From the sequence record DRR378314_2231: DNA of 35,402 nucleotides; one strand, written 5' to 3'. Made by a program: the position numbers and the translations under genes. Positions 1-9,512 of this stretch are shown one piece after another; position 1 is the stretch's first letter, and each line of letters begins with the position of its first letter. The notes under the pieces were generated by a model, which was given only the letters and a program-made list of their open reading frames with translations, ran no database searches and was not told the origin of the DNA.

Positions 1-40
1 AAGCGGCAGGTCGCAGGTTCGACTCCTGCCGGGGACGCCA
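1..40 (+). tRNA. 3' part of a tRNA, probably tRNA-Arg (anticodon lies just outside the window)
   Basis: AA (end of anticodon loop), GCGGC (anticodon stem), AGGTC (variable loop), GCAGG-TTCGACT-CCTGC (T arm), CGGGGAC (acceptor strand), G, CCA. The Arg call rests on resemblance to argW-type tRNAs only. Confidence 0.9.
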
Positions 41-46
41 TGCCTA

Positions 47-850
47 TCAATTCCGGGTAAAGGGGATCTTCAATAACCCCCAAAGTTTAGTGGTGAGTTT
101 TGCGTCGCGGTATTCGTGCAGGCCAATATCGACATTGTCGGAACCGGCCTTTGGCTTTGCGGTGAAGCTACTAAAGAGGTGATCCCACCAACTGACACTA
201 AAGCCGTAGTTACTGTTGGTTTCTTCTTTTTCTGTACTGTGGTGAATGCGATGCAGCTCCTGGGTAATGAGCACTTTGCGCACGAGCTTTTCGACCAGTT
301 TGGGCAGAGCCACGTTGCCGTGGTTAAACAAAGAGCAGGCGTTGAGAATAATTTCGAACACAATAACGGCTAACGCCGGAGCGCCCAAAGCAAGAATGGC
401 GGCTGCTTTTATGAAAAAACTCAGCACAATTTCGGCCGGATGAAAACGCAACCCGGTGGTAACGTCGAAGTCCGGGTCGGCATGGTGCACCCGGTGCATT
501 CGCCATAAAAGAGGAATGCGGTGGAACAATCGGTGCTGCCAGTAAATAACGATATCCAGTACGACAATGCTGACTACCATAACCAACCAAAAGGGTATTT
601 CCGTACCCGCCTTGCTCAAGTAATGGAAAAGCCCCCAGCCGTTTTCTGATGCGACAAGCGCCACTCCGGTCAGGCCAACGGGCGCAATAATTCTCAGCAA
701 TACCGTATCGACGGCAACTATGGCGAGGTTTGCCGGCCAGCGCTGTTTACGGCTGTAGCGGGGCTTGCGCTTAGGCGAGGTAAATTCCCACAACACCATA
801 ATAAGCAATACGCCAAGAAAAATACTTAAGCGCCAGACAGTTTCAGACAT
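47..850 (-). CDS. Sterol desaturase / fatty acid hydroxylase family membrane di-iron enzyme
   Basis: His boxes HRLFH, HRVHH, HRIHH, plus FHPAE and NYG motifs; several TM segments. Confidence 0.9.
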   Translation of the reverse strand: MSETVWRLSIFLGVLLIMVLWEFTSPKRKPRYSRKQRWPANLAIVAVDTVLLRIIAPVGLTGVALVASENGWGLFHYLSKAGTEIPFWLVMVVSIVVLDIVIYWQHRLFHRIPLLWRMHRVHHADPDFDVTTGLRFHPAEIVLSFFIKAAAILALGAPALAVIVFEIILNACSLFNHGNVALPKLVEKLVRKVLITQELHRIHHSTEKEETNSNYGFSVSWWDHLFSSFTAKPKAGSDNVDIGLHEYRDAKLTTKLWGLLKIPFTRN

Positions 851-1481
851 CGGTGCCCTCCGGCTTTGCCTTTGGCTGTTTCAGTGTGCGGTAACCGGCA
901 ACAATGCGGGTTATTGCGGTAAGCCAGCAGGCGGCAGCGAATATATAGGCCAGTACGGAAAAGTGCTGTGGCCACAAACAAAACGCCACAAAAGCTAAGA
1001 TGGTTTCAAAACCTTCGGTTAAACCGCCCATATAATGCAGCGACTTATTCGGATACTCCGGGTTTTCAATACCGAGCTTTCCGGCAACGCTGGCAAAAGC
1101 CAGAAAAGTTGAGCCGGTACCCATAAATGTGACTAACAACAAGCCCGCGGCAATGGCGTTCTGCTCGGGCGACGCTAATAAAAAACCAAATACCACAGCA
1201 CTGTAAAAAATGAAGTCCAGCACAATATCAAGAAAACCGCCGGCGTCGGTTAACTGAGTGCGCCGCGCCACCGCCCCGTCCAGACCGTCGCACAGGCGGT
1301 TGAGTAAAATAGCCGTCAGCGCGAGTTCATAGAGTTCAAAGGCTAAAAATGGCACTGCCAGCAAACCGATAATAAAACCCGTTATGGTAACCTGATCAGC
1401 ACTGACGCCAGCACGGACAAGTAAGCGCGCAGGGAGGTCGAGAATTTTTCGGGTTGCCGGAAGTAACTTAGGGTCAAACAT
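843..1481 (-). CDS. ynjF: CDP-alcohol phosphatidyltransferase family protein (YnjF-like)
   Basis: Signature DGLDGAVAR...GGFLDIVLD; GGLTEGFET motif; lies directly downstream of ynjBCD-like genes. Confidence 0.85.
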   Translation of the reverse strand: MFDPKLLPATRKILDLPARLLVRAGVSADQVTITGFIIGLLAVPFLAFELYELALTAILLNRLCDGLDGAVARRTQLTDAGGFLDIVLDFIFYSAVVFGFLLASPEQNAIAAGLLLVTFMGTGSTFLAFASVAGKLGIENPEYPNKSLHYMGGLTEGFETILAFVAFCLWPQHFSVLAYIFAAACWLTAITRIVAGYRTLKQPKAKPEGTDV

Positions 1482-2142
1482 TAGCGACGTCTCCTTTTAC
1501 CTCAGTGCCATGTATTTCAAGCACACGGCCACAGGCATCTGCGCTGTCGTGAGTGACTAATAAGGTTGGCATTTGTTTGTCTTTGAGCTGTGCGAAGGTC
1601 CACTGCCTGACCTCTTCACGCAGGCTGGCGTCTAATGCCGAAAACGGTTCGTCCAGTAACATGGCCTGCGGCTCTGCTAATAACGAACAGATTAAAGCGA
1701 TGCGAGCGTATTGCCCGCCGCTTAAGCTGTCAGGGTAAACCGTCCATTTATCCGTTAGCCCCAGATTGTTCAGCATGGCTATAGCTTTGTCTTTTTGCTG
1801 CTGACGATTTAGTGATGAACGTGGCTTTTGCGCAAAATAGCAGTTCTCTTCAACCGTTAAGTGCGGAAACAAACCGCCTTTTTGAAACATCATGCCCAGT
1901 TGGCGCACAGCAATTGAGCGCTCGCCGATATCTTCGCCGTTTAACCTTAATTCGCCCTGAATATGAAAGTTAGGCAAGGGCTCACCAAGAACCCAGCGCA
2001 GCAAGGTCGACTTACCCACACCACTGGGGCCCATCAGCGTGACAATTTCACCTTTTTCAACCGTCAGTTCATTCAGGCTGAATAAAAGTTCAGTGCCATT
2101 TTTTGTGCGCTTTTTTATTTCAAGGTTACGAATGTTCAGCAT
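1474..2142 (-). CDS. ynjD: ABC transporter ATP-binding protein (YnjD-like)
   Basis: Walker A GPSGVGKST, signature LSGGQ, Walker B LLDEPFSALD, H-loop VTHD. Start moved to ATG 2142 (MLNIRNL) from the ORF-track start at 2247. Confidence 0.85.
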   Translation of the reverse strand: MLNIRNLEIKKRTKNGTELLFSLNELTVEKGEIVTLMGPSGVGKSTLLRWVLGEPLPNFHIQGELRLNGEDIGERSIAVRQLGMMFQKGGLFPHLTVEENCYFAQKPRSSLNRQQQKDKAIAMLNNLGLTDKWTVYPDSLSGGQYARIALICSLLAEPQAMLLDEPFSALDASLREEVRQWTFAQLKDKQMPTLLVTHDSADACGRVLEIHGTEVKGDVANV

Positions 2143-3745
2143 AACTTTTTGTCCCGATGAGTCCGACAGCAATAAACACCACCAGTGGCAGTAGCATTTG
2201 TAACAGCGCATAAAGACTGCCAATACGCCAGTCGCCGCCGCTGGCAATGCTAACGGCTTCGGTGGTTAAAGTGGGCGTTAAGCCCTGCCCCAGCCATTGA
2301 GTTGGCAGGTACTGAGCAATACTGACCGAAAAGGCGACCGCAAAAGCAACGGCTATGGGCTGCTTTAGCATGGGTAGCATAATTCGCCACCAGGCGGCCC
2401 GGTAGCTATAACCCAGGCTTTGAGCCCGGGTTAGCCATTGCTCGTTAAAGCGGGTATAAGCCCCATGCAAAACCAAGTAGGCGTAAGGCAGAGTATAAAC
2501 GGCATGAGACCAGAACACCCACCATGTTTGCCAACCACTACTCAGTTGCCCACCAACTAGCCGTTGCCAACCAAGTACCAAAGGCACCTGCGGAATAAAC
2601 AACGCCACAAGTACAGGCCAGTAAAACGAAGCGGCGGCTTTCTGTCGTTGCCGTTGTAGCAGAGCAATTGCGGCTATCGTGCCTACTAACGCACTGAGCA
2701 GCGCCAGCCATAAACTGTTTAGCGTGGGTTCGGTTAAATAAGCCCACTCGCTTTGCCAGCGCTCAAGGGTCAACTCTGCTGGCCACAAGTTTGGATAAAA
2801 CCAATGTGTCGCTAAGCTCTGCATGGCTAAAACAACAATAACCCCCAACGACAGTACCCCCAGAAGAATCCAGCCATAACGGCTAGCTTTATGTGCGTTG
2901 GGTTTTACGGGGTGGGTTACTTTTTTACCCAGCACGAAGCGACGATACAGAGCATAATGCCGGGCATTCATTAGCAGAAGTACCAAAGCCATAGCCATTA
3001 AAACCCAGGCACCGGTTATTGCCTTAACCTGACTACCGGCAGAGAACTGAAAGCTCCATTCATACACGCGCTGCGCCAGCACACCCGGCGTGTTACTGCC
3101 CACTAACAGCGGAATATCAACAACGGACAATGAGTAAATAATAACTGCCGCCATAGGCAGCGTTAAACGTCGCAATAACTCCGGCGTAACAATGCGCCAC
3201 CAGGCTTGCCGTTCACTGTAACCATAGCTCTGTGCCTGGGTCATCCACGAATTAACGGGCAATTGTTTTAACTGAGCCGATATCATCAGTAGTAAAAATG
3301 GCAGCTCTTTTAAAATTAGAACCACCATCACGGTTAGTAGCGACTTTTCGGGTAATGGCCAGCCAGCTGGAGGTGCCGGGAACATACCGCTGATGCTTTC
3401 GGTTAAACGTATCAGCCAGCCGGACGGGCTCATTAACAACATAAGGCCGACCGCAAAAGCCACATGCGGAATAGACAAAAGTGGAGATAGCAGTTGCTGC
3501 AGGCGAACGTTTTTTAATAATACCGGAGCCATCCACAGCGCTAAATAGCAAGCAACTAGTGGCGCGGCTACGGCGAGTATAAGGCTTGAAGCTATTGAAT
3601 CGTAATCTGCCAGCAGCTCAGTTAAGGCTACTAAGTTGACGCCGGTTTCAGGGTCAAATGACGTAACCAGCAGAAAAAGCACACCACTGCCAACCGGCAG
3701 AATAATGAGCAATAACCAGACAACTATTGATAACGTGCGGACCAT
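2126..3745 (-). CDS. ynjC: ABC transporter permease with two TM domains (YnjC-like)
   Basis: Duplicated permease with two EAA-like loops (AQSYGYSERQAWWRI and AQSLGYSYRAAWWRI), SIPHVAFAVG, QYLPTQWLG. Start probably ATG 3745 (ORF track 3769). Confidence 0.8.
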   Translation of the reverse strand: MVRTLSIVVWLLLIILPVGSGVLFLLVTSFDPETGVNLVALTELLADYDSIASSLILAVAAPLVACYLALWMAPVLLKNVRLQQLLSPLLSIPHVAFAVGLMLLMSPSGWLIRLTESISGMFPAPPAGWPLPEKSLLTVMVVLILKELPFLLLMISAQLKQLPVNSWMTQAQSYGYSERQAWWRIVTPELLRRLTLPMAAVIIYSLSVVDIPLLVGSNTPGVLAQRVYEWSFQFSAGSQVKAITGAWVLMAMALVLLLMNARHYALYRRFVLGKKVTHPVKPNAHKASRYGWILLGVLSLGVIVVLAMQSLATHWFYPNLWPAELTLERWQSEWAYLTEPTLNSLWLALLSALVGTIAAIALLQRQRQKAAASFYWPVLVALFIPQVPLVLGWQRLVGGQLSSGWQTWWVFWSHAVYTLPYAYLVLHGAYTRFNEQWLTRAQSLGYSYRAAWWRIMLPMLKQPIAVAFAVAFSVSIAQYLPTQWLGQGLTPTLTTEAVSIASGGDWRIGSLYALLQMLLPLVVFIAVGLIGTKSYAEHS

Positions 3746-4791
3746 TCCCGCTCCAGGTACTCCTGCCAACTGGCATGAAAGTCGTCGGTTGGTTCCAGTA
3801 GCGAAGAGCCTTTCGCACTTTTAAGAACGGAAGGATCACCCCAGCGATTGGTATCGGCTTTTCGTTGCTGCGCTTTTTCAGACAATAAAAATTCAATAAC
3901 CATTTTCGCGGTTTCGGGGTTATTGGAACTGTTCGGCACCGCCAAATAATGATTATTGGTTATGGCTTTGTCGGACAAAGTATGGCGCTCAACACCCGCA
4001 GGCAACCGCCCCTGATTGACCAGAGTTTTATAATCATTGGGGTTAAAGCTGACTGACATCAGTAACTGACCATTTGCCAGGTACGAAATCTGCTCACCGG
4101 CTGAAGATGGGAAGTTCTCGCCCTGCTGCCATAATAATGGGTGGAGTTTGTCTAAGTAGCGCCATAAAGGCACAGTTAGTTCTTGTGCATTAACGCCATC
4201 CACCGGTTGCTGAAACACACTGCGTTGCTTCGGGTGTAAAGACAACAGCAACGATTTTAATAAGGTAGTGCCATGAAATTCCGGCGGTTTAGGGTAGCTG
4301 ATGCGGCCTTTATTTTTCCGGGCGGCGTTAAGTAGGCTTTCTGCAGTCACTGTTTTCTGGTCGAAAAGCCCGGGTCGGCTAATAAGGTTAAATTGCCCAA
4401 CGCCCCAGGGCACTTCCAGCCCTTCCACAGGTTCGCCGAAGTCAGTTTGCCAGTTAAGCTCCGGGTTAATGTTGTTCATTGCCTTAAGTTCGCCGGCAAT
4501 GGAGCGCAAAACGTCAGCCTCTTTCAGTGCATGAAAGTTTTCACCGTTTATCCAGATAATATCCGCGTTGGAATGGCCGTCTATAATCTGCTTAACCACC
4601 TCGGAGGCATCCGCCACTTTATTATGGCGAAACTGAATGCCCTGCTCTTGCAGTTCTTTTTGCGCCCAACGTAAGTAACTGTTTACTTCCGGCGAGCCAC
4701 CCCAAGCATAAAAGTTAACCACTTCTGCCTTTAAAGGTAAGGCGGAAAAAAGTGTCACTAGCAATAAACTGATGGCAGCAGTAAAACGCAT
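3724..4791 (-). CDS. ynjB: ABC transporter substrate-binding protein (YnjB-like)
   Basis: Signal peptide; VNFYAWGGS, DIIWINGENF, DFGEPVEGLEVPWG, YPKPPEFHG. ATG 4791 has a GGAG RBS (ORF track start 4824). Confidence 0.85.
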   Translation of the reverse strand: MRFTAAISLLLVTLFSALPLKAEVVNFYAWGGSPEVNSYLRWAQKELQEQGIQFRHNKVADASEVVKQIIDGHSNADIIWINGENFHALKEADVLRSIAGELKAMNNINPELNWQTDFGEPVEGLEVPWGVGQFNLISRPGLFDQKTVTAESLLNAARKNKGRISYPKPPEFHGTTLLKSLLLSLHPKQRSVFQQPVDGVNAQELTVPLWRYLDKLHPLLWQQGENFPSSAGEQISYLANGQLLMSVSFNPNDYKTLVNQGRLPAGVERHTLSDKAITNNHYLAVPNSSNNPETAKMVIEFLLSEKAQQRKADTNRWGDPSVLKSAKGSSLLEPTDDFHASWQEYLEREWSARYQ

Positions 4792-4792
4792 T

Positions 4793-6970
4793 TTAACTCC
4801 GGCGCCAGCGATGAAACTTCTCAACCCATGTTAGCAACTTCTGCGGCGCATTGGCGCGCTTCCACTCACCGGCCACATATTTATTCGCCTCCGCCAGGGT
4901 CGGATAACTGTGTATGGTGCCCAGTATTTTATTCAGGCCAATGCCGTATTTCATGGCCAGCACATATTCAGCCAGCAGCTCACCGGCCTGCGGGCCAACA
5001 ATATTCACACCCAATAGTTCATCTTTACCGGGCTTGGTCAGCACTTTCACCCGGCCATAGGCGCTGTCATCGGCAATCGCACGATCCAATTCGCCAATAT
5101 CGTACTCGGTTACTTCGTAAGGTTTATCGGCTTTTTTCGCCTGCTGCTCGGTTAACCCCACATTCGCCACTTGCGGCGAAGTATAGGTAACCCAAGGAAT
5201 GACAGAGTAATCAGCCCGGAAAGTTTTGAAAGGATCAAACAAGGCATTTACCGAGGCATACCAGGCCTGGTGCGAAGCAACATGGGTGAGCTGATAAGGC
5301 CCTGCAACATCGCCACAGGCGTAAATATTAGGGAAGTTGGTTTGCAAAAGCTCATTGGTGCTGACTGTTTTATTGGTTTGCACGCCAAGCTCCTCTAAAC
5401 CAAAGCCCGTTATATTGGGTTGCCGCCCCAGTGCAATTAACACCTTGTCGAAGGGTATCTCAACGTCTTTGCTCTGGTCGGCACTCTGGTCGGCATTCTG
5501 GTCATCAACAGTGTGATCAGCAATAAGCACCGACTCGCCATTGTATTGTTCAAAACGCAACGCTTTGTGGTTTAGCTTAATATCAATGCCTTCTGCCGTT
5601 AAACGCTGCGTTAGCAGTTCTACTGTGTCGGCGTCTTCCGGGCCCATAAGCCGCTCGGCCATTTCCACCTGAGTAACTTGTGAACCTAAACGCTGAAACG
5701 CCTGAGATAACTCACAACCAATAGGCCCGCCCCCCAATACCAATAAGCGTTTAGGCAGTTCATCTAACTCCCATAGGGTGTCTGAGGTTAAATAGTCGAC
5801 CTTATCCAACCCCTCAAAGTTTGGTACCAGAGGCTTAGCGCCGGTGGCAATAATTATGCTGCGGGTGGTGATTCGTTTAGTCTCGCCATTGCTTCTCACT
5901 TCAACTTCCCAGGGCGATACAATGCGCGCATCGCCTTGCTCTACATTCACACCCAATTTGGTGTAACGTTCAACCGAGTCGTGCGGTTCTATCTCTTTTA
6001 TAACCGACTTCACCTGCTGCATAACCTGTTTGAAATCAACCGACACTTCGCCAACATGAACACCCGCACTTGAGGCGTTACGCGCATTATGAGCAAGTTC
6101 GGCCACATGAAGCAGGGCTTTTGAAGGCACACAACCAGTATTCAGGCAGTCACCACCCATTTTGTGCTTTTCAATTAAGGTAACCTTTGCTTTTACCGTC
6201 GCAGCTATGTAAGCACTGACTAACCCTGCTGAACCGGCGCCAATAACCACCAGATTATTGTCAAAAGACTTAGGCTTTTTATAGCCTTTAAAGGCTTTAC
6301 GACGTTTCACAAAGGCCAATACCGCTTTGGCAATTAACGGGAATATGCCCAATAGTACGAAAGCACCGATTAAATCTGCTGAAACTACATCACCCAAGCT
6401 GGATATCTCTGCTAACTGAGTTCCTGCATTTACATACACGGCAGTACCCAGCAGCATACCCACCTGGCTTACCCAGTAAAAAGTCCAGGCTTTTATTTTG
6501 GTCAGACCCATAACCAGATTAATAACAAAGAACGGGAACAGAGGAACCAACCGCAGGCTGAGTAAGTAAAACGCGCCATCGCGCTCCATTCCGCGATTAA
6601 TGGCGGTTAAGCGATCTCCAAATTTTTCCTGAACCCAGTCGTGCAGAATAAAGCGGGCACTTAAAAAGGCCAGAAAGGCACCGAGAGATGCTGCAAAGCT
6701 TGCAAGCAGCAAGCCCCAACCCAGCCCGAATATAGCGCCCGCGCCCAGAGTCAGAATAGTCGCACCGGGCAATGATAACGCCGTGCTAGCCACATAAACA
6801 ACAAAATAAATGGCGAATACCTGAAATGGGTAATCAACAAAAAGCTGATTAAGCTGCTGTTGCTTTTCTTTCAAAACATCAAGAGATAAGTACTGCGTCA
6901 GGTCGAACGCAAACGCACTGATAAATAGTGCAACAATAATCAACAGCAACAACAGCTTTTTCAATGACAT
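4793..6970 (-). CDS. Fusion of a TVP38/TMEM64 (VTT/DedA, SNARE-associated) membrane domain with a pyridine nucleotide-disulfide oxidoreductase (Lpd/MerA-like)
   Basis: N-terminal SLPGA...LRLVPLFPFFVIN VTT motifs; FAD motif GAGSAG, redox disulfide CLNTGCVPSK, GGGPIG, GDVAG, HSYPTLAE. No C-terminal Cys-Cys of MerA. Confidence 0.9.
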   Translation of the reverse strand: MSLKKLLLLLIIVALFISAFAFDLTQYLSLDVLKEKQQQLNQLFVDYPFQVFAIYFVVYVASTALSLPGATILTLGAGAIFGLGWGLLLASFAASLGAFLAFLSARFILHDWVQEKFGDRLTAINRGMERDGAFYLLSLRLVPLFPFFVINLVMGLTKIKAWTFYWVSQVGMLLGTAVYVNAGTQLAEISSLGDVVSADLIGAFVLLGIFPLIAKAVLAFVKRRKAFKGYKKPKSFDNNLVVIGAGSAGLVSAYIAATVKAKVTLIEKHKMGGDCLNTGCVPSKALLHVAELAHNARNASSAGVHVGEVSVDFKQVMQQVKSVIKEIEPHDSVERYTKLGVNVEQGDARIVSPWEVEVRSNGETKRITTRSIIIATGAKPLVPNFEGLDKVDYLTSDTLWELDELPKRLLVLGGGPIGCELSQAFQRLGSQVTQVEMAERLMGPEDADTVELLTQRLTAEGIDIKLNHKALRFEQYNGESVLIADHTVDDQNADQSADQSKDVEIPFDKVLIALGRQPNITGFGLEELGVQTNKTVSTNELLQTNFPNIYACGDVAGPYQLTHVASHQAWYASVNALFDPFKTFRADYSVIPWVTYTSPQVANVGLTEQQAKKADKPYEVTEYDIGELDRAIADDSAYGRVKVLTKPGKDELLGVNIVGPQAGELLAEYVLAMKYGIGLNKILGTIHSYPTLAEANKYVAGEWKRANAPQKLLTWVEKFHRWRRS
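5472..5503. repeat. 12-bp tandem repeat (CTCTGGTCGGCA x2 plus partial TTCTGGTC) inside the oxidoreductase
   Basis: Seen directly; encodes DQNADQSADQS. Confidence 0.85.
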
Positions 6971-6979
6971 GAGCTTTCC

Positions 6980-9304
6980 TTAAAACTTGTAATCAACACT
7001 CAAACGCGTGTGTCTTGGCTGCGACGGAAAGGCCAGGGTTGCACCAAAATAACCGCCTTCAAATACCGGTGACCAGTTGTCCTGATCTGTTACATTAAAC
7101 ACGTCAATACGGGCACTTAACTGTTCGCTAAAGCGATAACGCGCATTCAGGTTTAGCGTATGCTGGTCGCGTATAAATACCGTTTGCAGGTAATCTAACG
7201 GGTAGTGCTTGGTATAGCTTAAATCGCCACCTACCGACCATTCGGACGTTATCCGCCAACCGGCAACTGCTGACGCCTGTACTTCGGGAATGCCCTGTAA
7301 TTGCTTGTTTGACGCAGGAAACGCGGTGAAATTAGGCGAGCCAACACCTGTACCTTCAATAATATCGGAGCGTGAATCATCAAACACATCAGCCACCTGA
7401 CCTGTACCCTGCGATGCCGTAGAGTTGTCATAGTGCGCATCAATATAGCTAGCTGCAAGAGTTAACCAGTAACCGGTTTCGTGCGTTCCTGTGGCTGAAG
7501 AGAAATGCCATTGAGTCTCGAAACCCTCGGTGCGAATACCGCTGTTAGAGCCATCACGGTTGCGTAAGCTTCGCTTCTGGTCAAATACCACAGCATCCGC
7601 GTACCAGCGGGCATCACTTGGCGCGTATTTCACACCCAGTTCATAAAGCGAGTTCTCTGTGGCAAAGTTTTGCGAATCAATTTCACCGTCGGCATTTAAT
7701 ACCGTACCGCCCGCCATCGCGTTAGACGTAGAGTCACTCTCGTAGGCGGTTGCGTAGAATGTCAGATCCGGCGTCCAGTTATACTGCGTTGATAAACTCA
7801 TCGCGGTTAGCCAGTCACTGTAAGTATCGCTTGCCGCCTGAACACCCAGTGGTGGAATTGGGTCTTTTGCGTCCACGTCGTAATAATCGGCTCTGACGCC
7901 CCCGGTAACGCGCCATTTGTCCGTAATATCCAGTTCATGCTGTGCAAAAATGCCCCATTGGTAGCTTTTTGAGTCGGTGGTGTCTGACGTAATAAAATCG
8001 CCCGTGGCATCGCCGTCAATATCGTACTGGCTACCCGGCGATACCCAGAGATCCGGACGCAGCTCAATTAAACGCGCCTTTTGTTCATTGGTTAACGGAA
8101 TACGCCGATTGCTGAGAGGGCCCGTCAAGTCAATAGGGTTATCCGCCTCGGTTGAGAACTGGCTGTAACCCAGTACATCGTTAATTCGTAAGTTAACGCC
8201 TACTACCGTTTTCTTGTTTATGTGCAGCTCGGTGCGGTTTTCAAAGGTGTGAGCGCCATCAATAATTTCAACAAAGCTATTTTGGTTAATGCCTTCGCGG
8301 GTTAAATACTGATAATACGTGCGGTTAACCAACACCATGTCATCGTTCAGCCAATGCTGAAGTTTTGCGTGCAACAAAGTGGTTTCAGCGGTATTGGTGT
8401 CAAGCGGGTCAGTTAACGTGGTACTGCGGTCAATTCGAACCTCTCCGGTTGGGCTGACAACAGCCCCGGCTCCGGGAACCCTCGAACCATTTGGCTGAAC
8501 ACCCTGACCGGTAATGTACAAATTATGGTCTATCAGGTTTTGTGTCGGCCTATTAATGCCTGCGTTGTCTGTCCAGTCAACATCGTAATACTCTATGGAT
8601 ATATCCAACAGCGTGTCGTCGTTAGGCGCAAGCTTATACGCCAGCAAAAGGTCATTGCTGCGGTGCTGATGAAAGTCGTAAAAACTGTCTTCATCAACGT
8701 ACTCTGCGCTTACTCGCAGGCCTTGCTCGCCCTCTTTTAACACCCAATTATGGTCTAGCTGTAACCGGTACTGCTCCCACTCGCCTAATTGGGCTTTCAA
8801 GGTTGAGTCCGACTCAGTCAGACGAGCGGTTTTGGGCTGCAAATTGACAAAACCACCCACGCGTTGTGTGGTGCCCAGCATGACCGGCGGCGCGCCTTTA
8901 ACAACAGCGATACCTTCAATGGCGTTAAACGACATGGGAATACCAAGCCCATTGTTACCGGCCTGACGGCGCATGCCCGCTTCAAATAACTCGCCAAGCT
9001 GGCCGCGGATGGTCGGCAGCGAAGGATTACCAAAACCCGCCGCCGCAAAACTGTTAGGCGCAAAACGCGCAATGTCATGTAAGTCATTAATGGCTGCTTC
9101 TTCCATTAACGAAGCGCTAATAGCCGTGGCGGCACGGGGAATCTCCTGCAAGCTTTCAGCTAAACCAAATAAGCCTTCGGTTGCTTCTTCCGATGGCAGT
9201 ACAACACTTCCGTCATCGCGACCAATAACCTCGATAACTTCCATTGGTTTTTCTTGTGCCACCGCCGTTAACGGTAAGAACCCTAGCCACCACCACTTTT
9301 TCAT
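6980..9304 (-). CDS. TonB-dependent receptor
   Basis: Short signal peptide, TonB-box-like EVIEVIG, plug motifs (PTIRG, VVKGAPP, GGFVNL), C-terminal VFNVTD...VDYKF. Confidence 0.9.
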   Translation of the reverse strand: MKKWWWLGFLPLTAVAQEKPMEVIEVIGRDDGSVVLPSEEATEGLFGLAESLQEIPRAATAISASLMEEAAINDLHDIARFAPNSFAAAGFGNPSLPTIRGQLGELFEAGMRRQAGNNGLGIPMSFNAIEGIAVVKGAPPVMLGTTQRVGGFVNLQPKTARLTESDSTLKAQLGEWEQYRLQLDHNWVLKEGEQGLRVSAEYVDEDSFYDFHQHRSNDLLLAYKLAPNDDTLLDISIEYYDVDWTDNAGINRPTQNLIDHNLYITGQGVQPNGSRVPGAGAVVSPTGEVRIDRSTTLTDPLDTNTAETTLLHAKLQHWLNDDMVLVNRTYYQYLTREGINQNSFVEIIDGAHTFENRTELHINKKTVVGVNLRINDVLGYSQFSTEADNPIDLTGPLSNRRIPLTNEQKARLIELRPDLWVSPGSQYDIDGDATGDFITSDTTDSKSYQWGIFAQHELDITDKWRVTGGVRADYYDVDAKDPIPPLGVQAASDTYSDWLTAMSLSTQYNWTPDLTFYATAYESDSTSNAMAGGTVLNADGEIDSQNFATENSLYELGVKYAPSDARWYADAVVFDQKRSLRNRDGSNSGIRTEGFETQWHFSSATGTHETGYWLTLAASYIDAHYDNSTASQGTGQVADVFDDSRSDIIEGTGVGSPNFTAFPASNKQLQGIPEVQASAVAGWRITSEWSVGGDLSYTKHYPLDYLQTVFIRDQHTLNLNARYRFSEQLSARIDVFNVTDQDNWSPVFEGGYFGATLAFPSQPRHTRLSVDYKF

Positions 9305-9512
9305 TCTTGTATTTCCTTATTAGACCAAATGAGTTATTAAACAAAACTAAAAGCGTTATTTGTTGCGCTAGTCAGTTACGTTTATCGCCAGAAATAAGAT
9401 CGTTCTTCTGAAGGTATTAATCTTCATAAATCAACGGCAAAGGCTCAAAACCTTTACTCTTAAAACGCATCACGCATAATAGTCAGTATTCACTACTTAA
9501 GCCTATAACGGA

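Noticed and set aside
4793-6970. Mercuric reductase (merA) call
   Set aside because: No C-terminal Cys-Cys, no NmerA domain and no merR/T/P nearby; it is only the same fold family.
9382-9408. GGCGATAA as a sigma-28 -10 box for the TBDR operon
   Set aside because: No TAAA at the 15-nt spacing.
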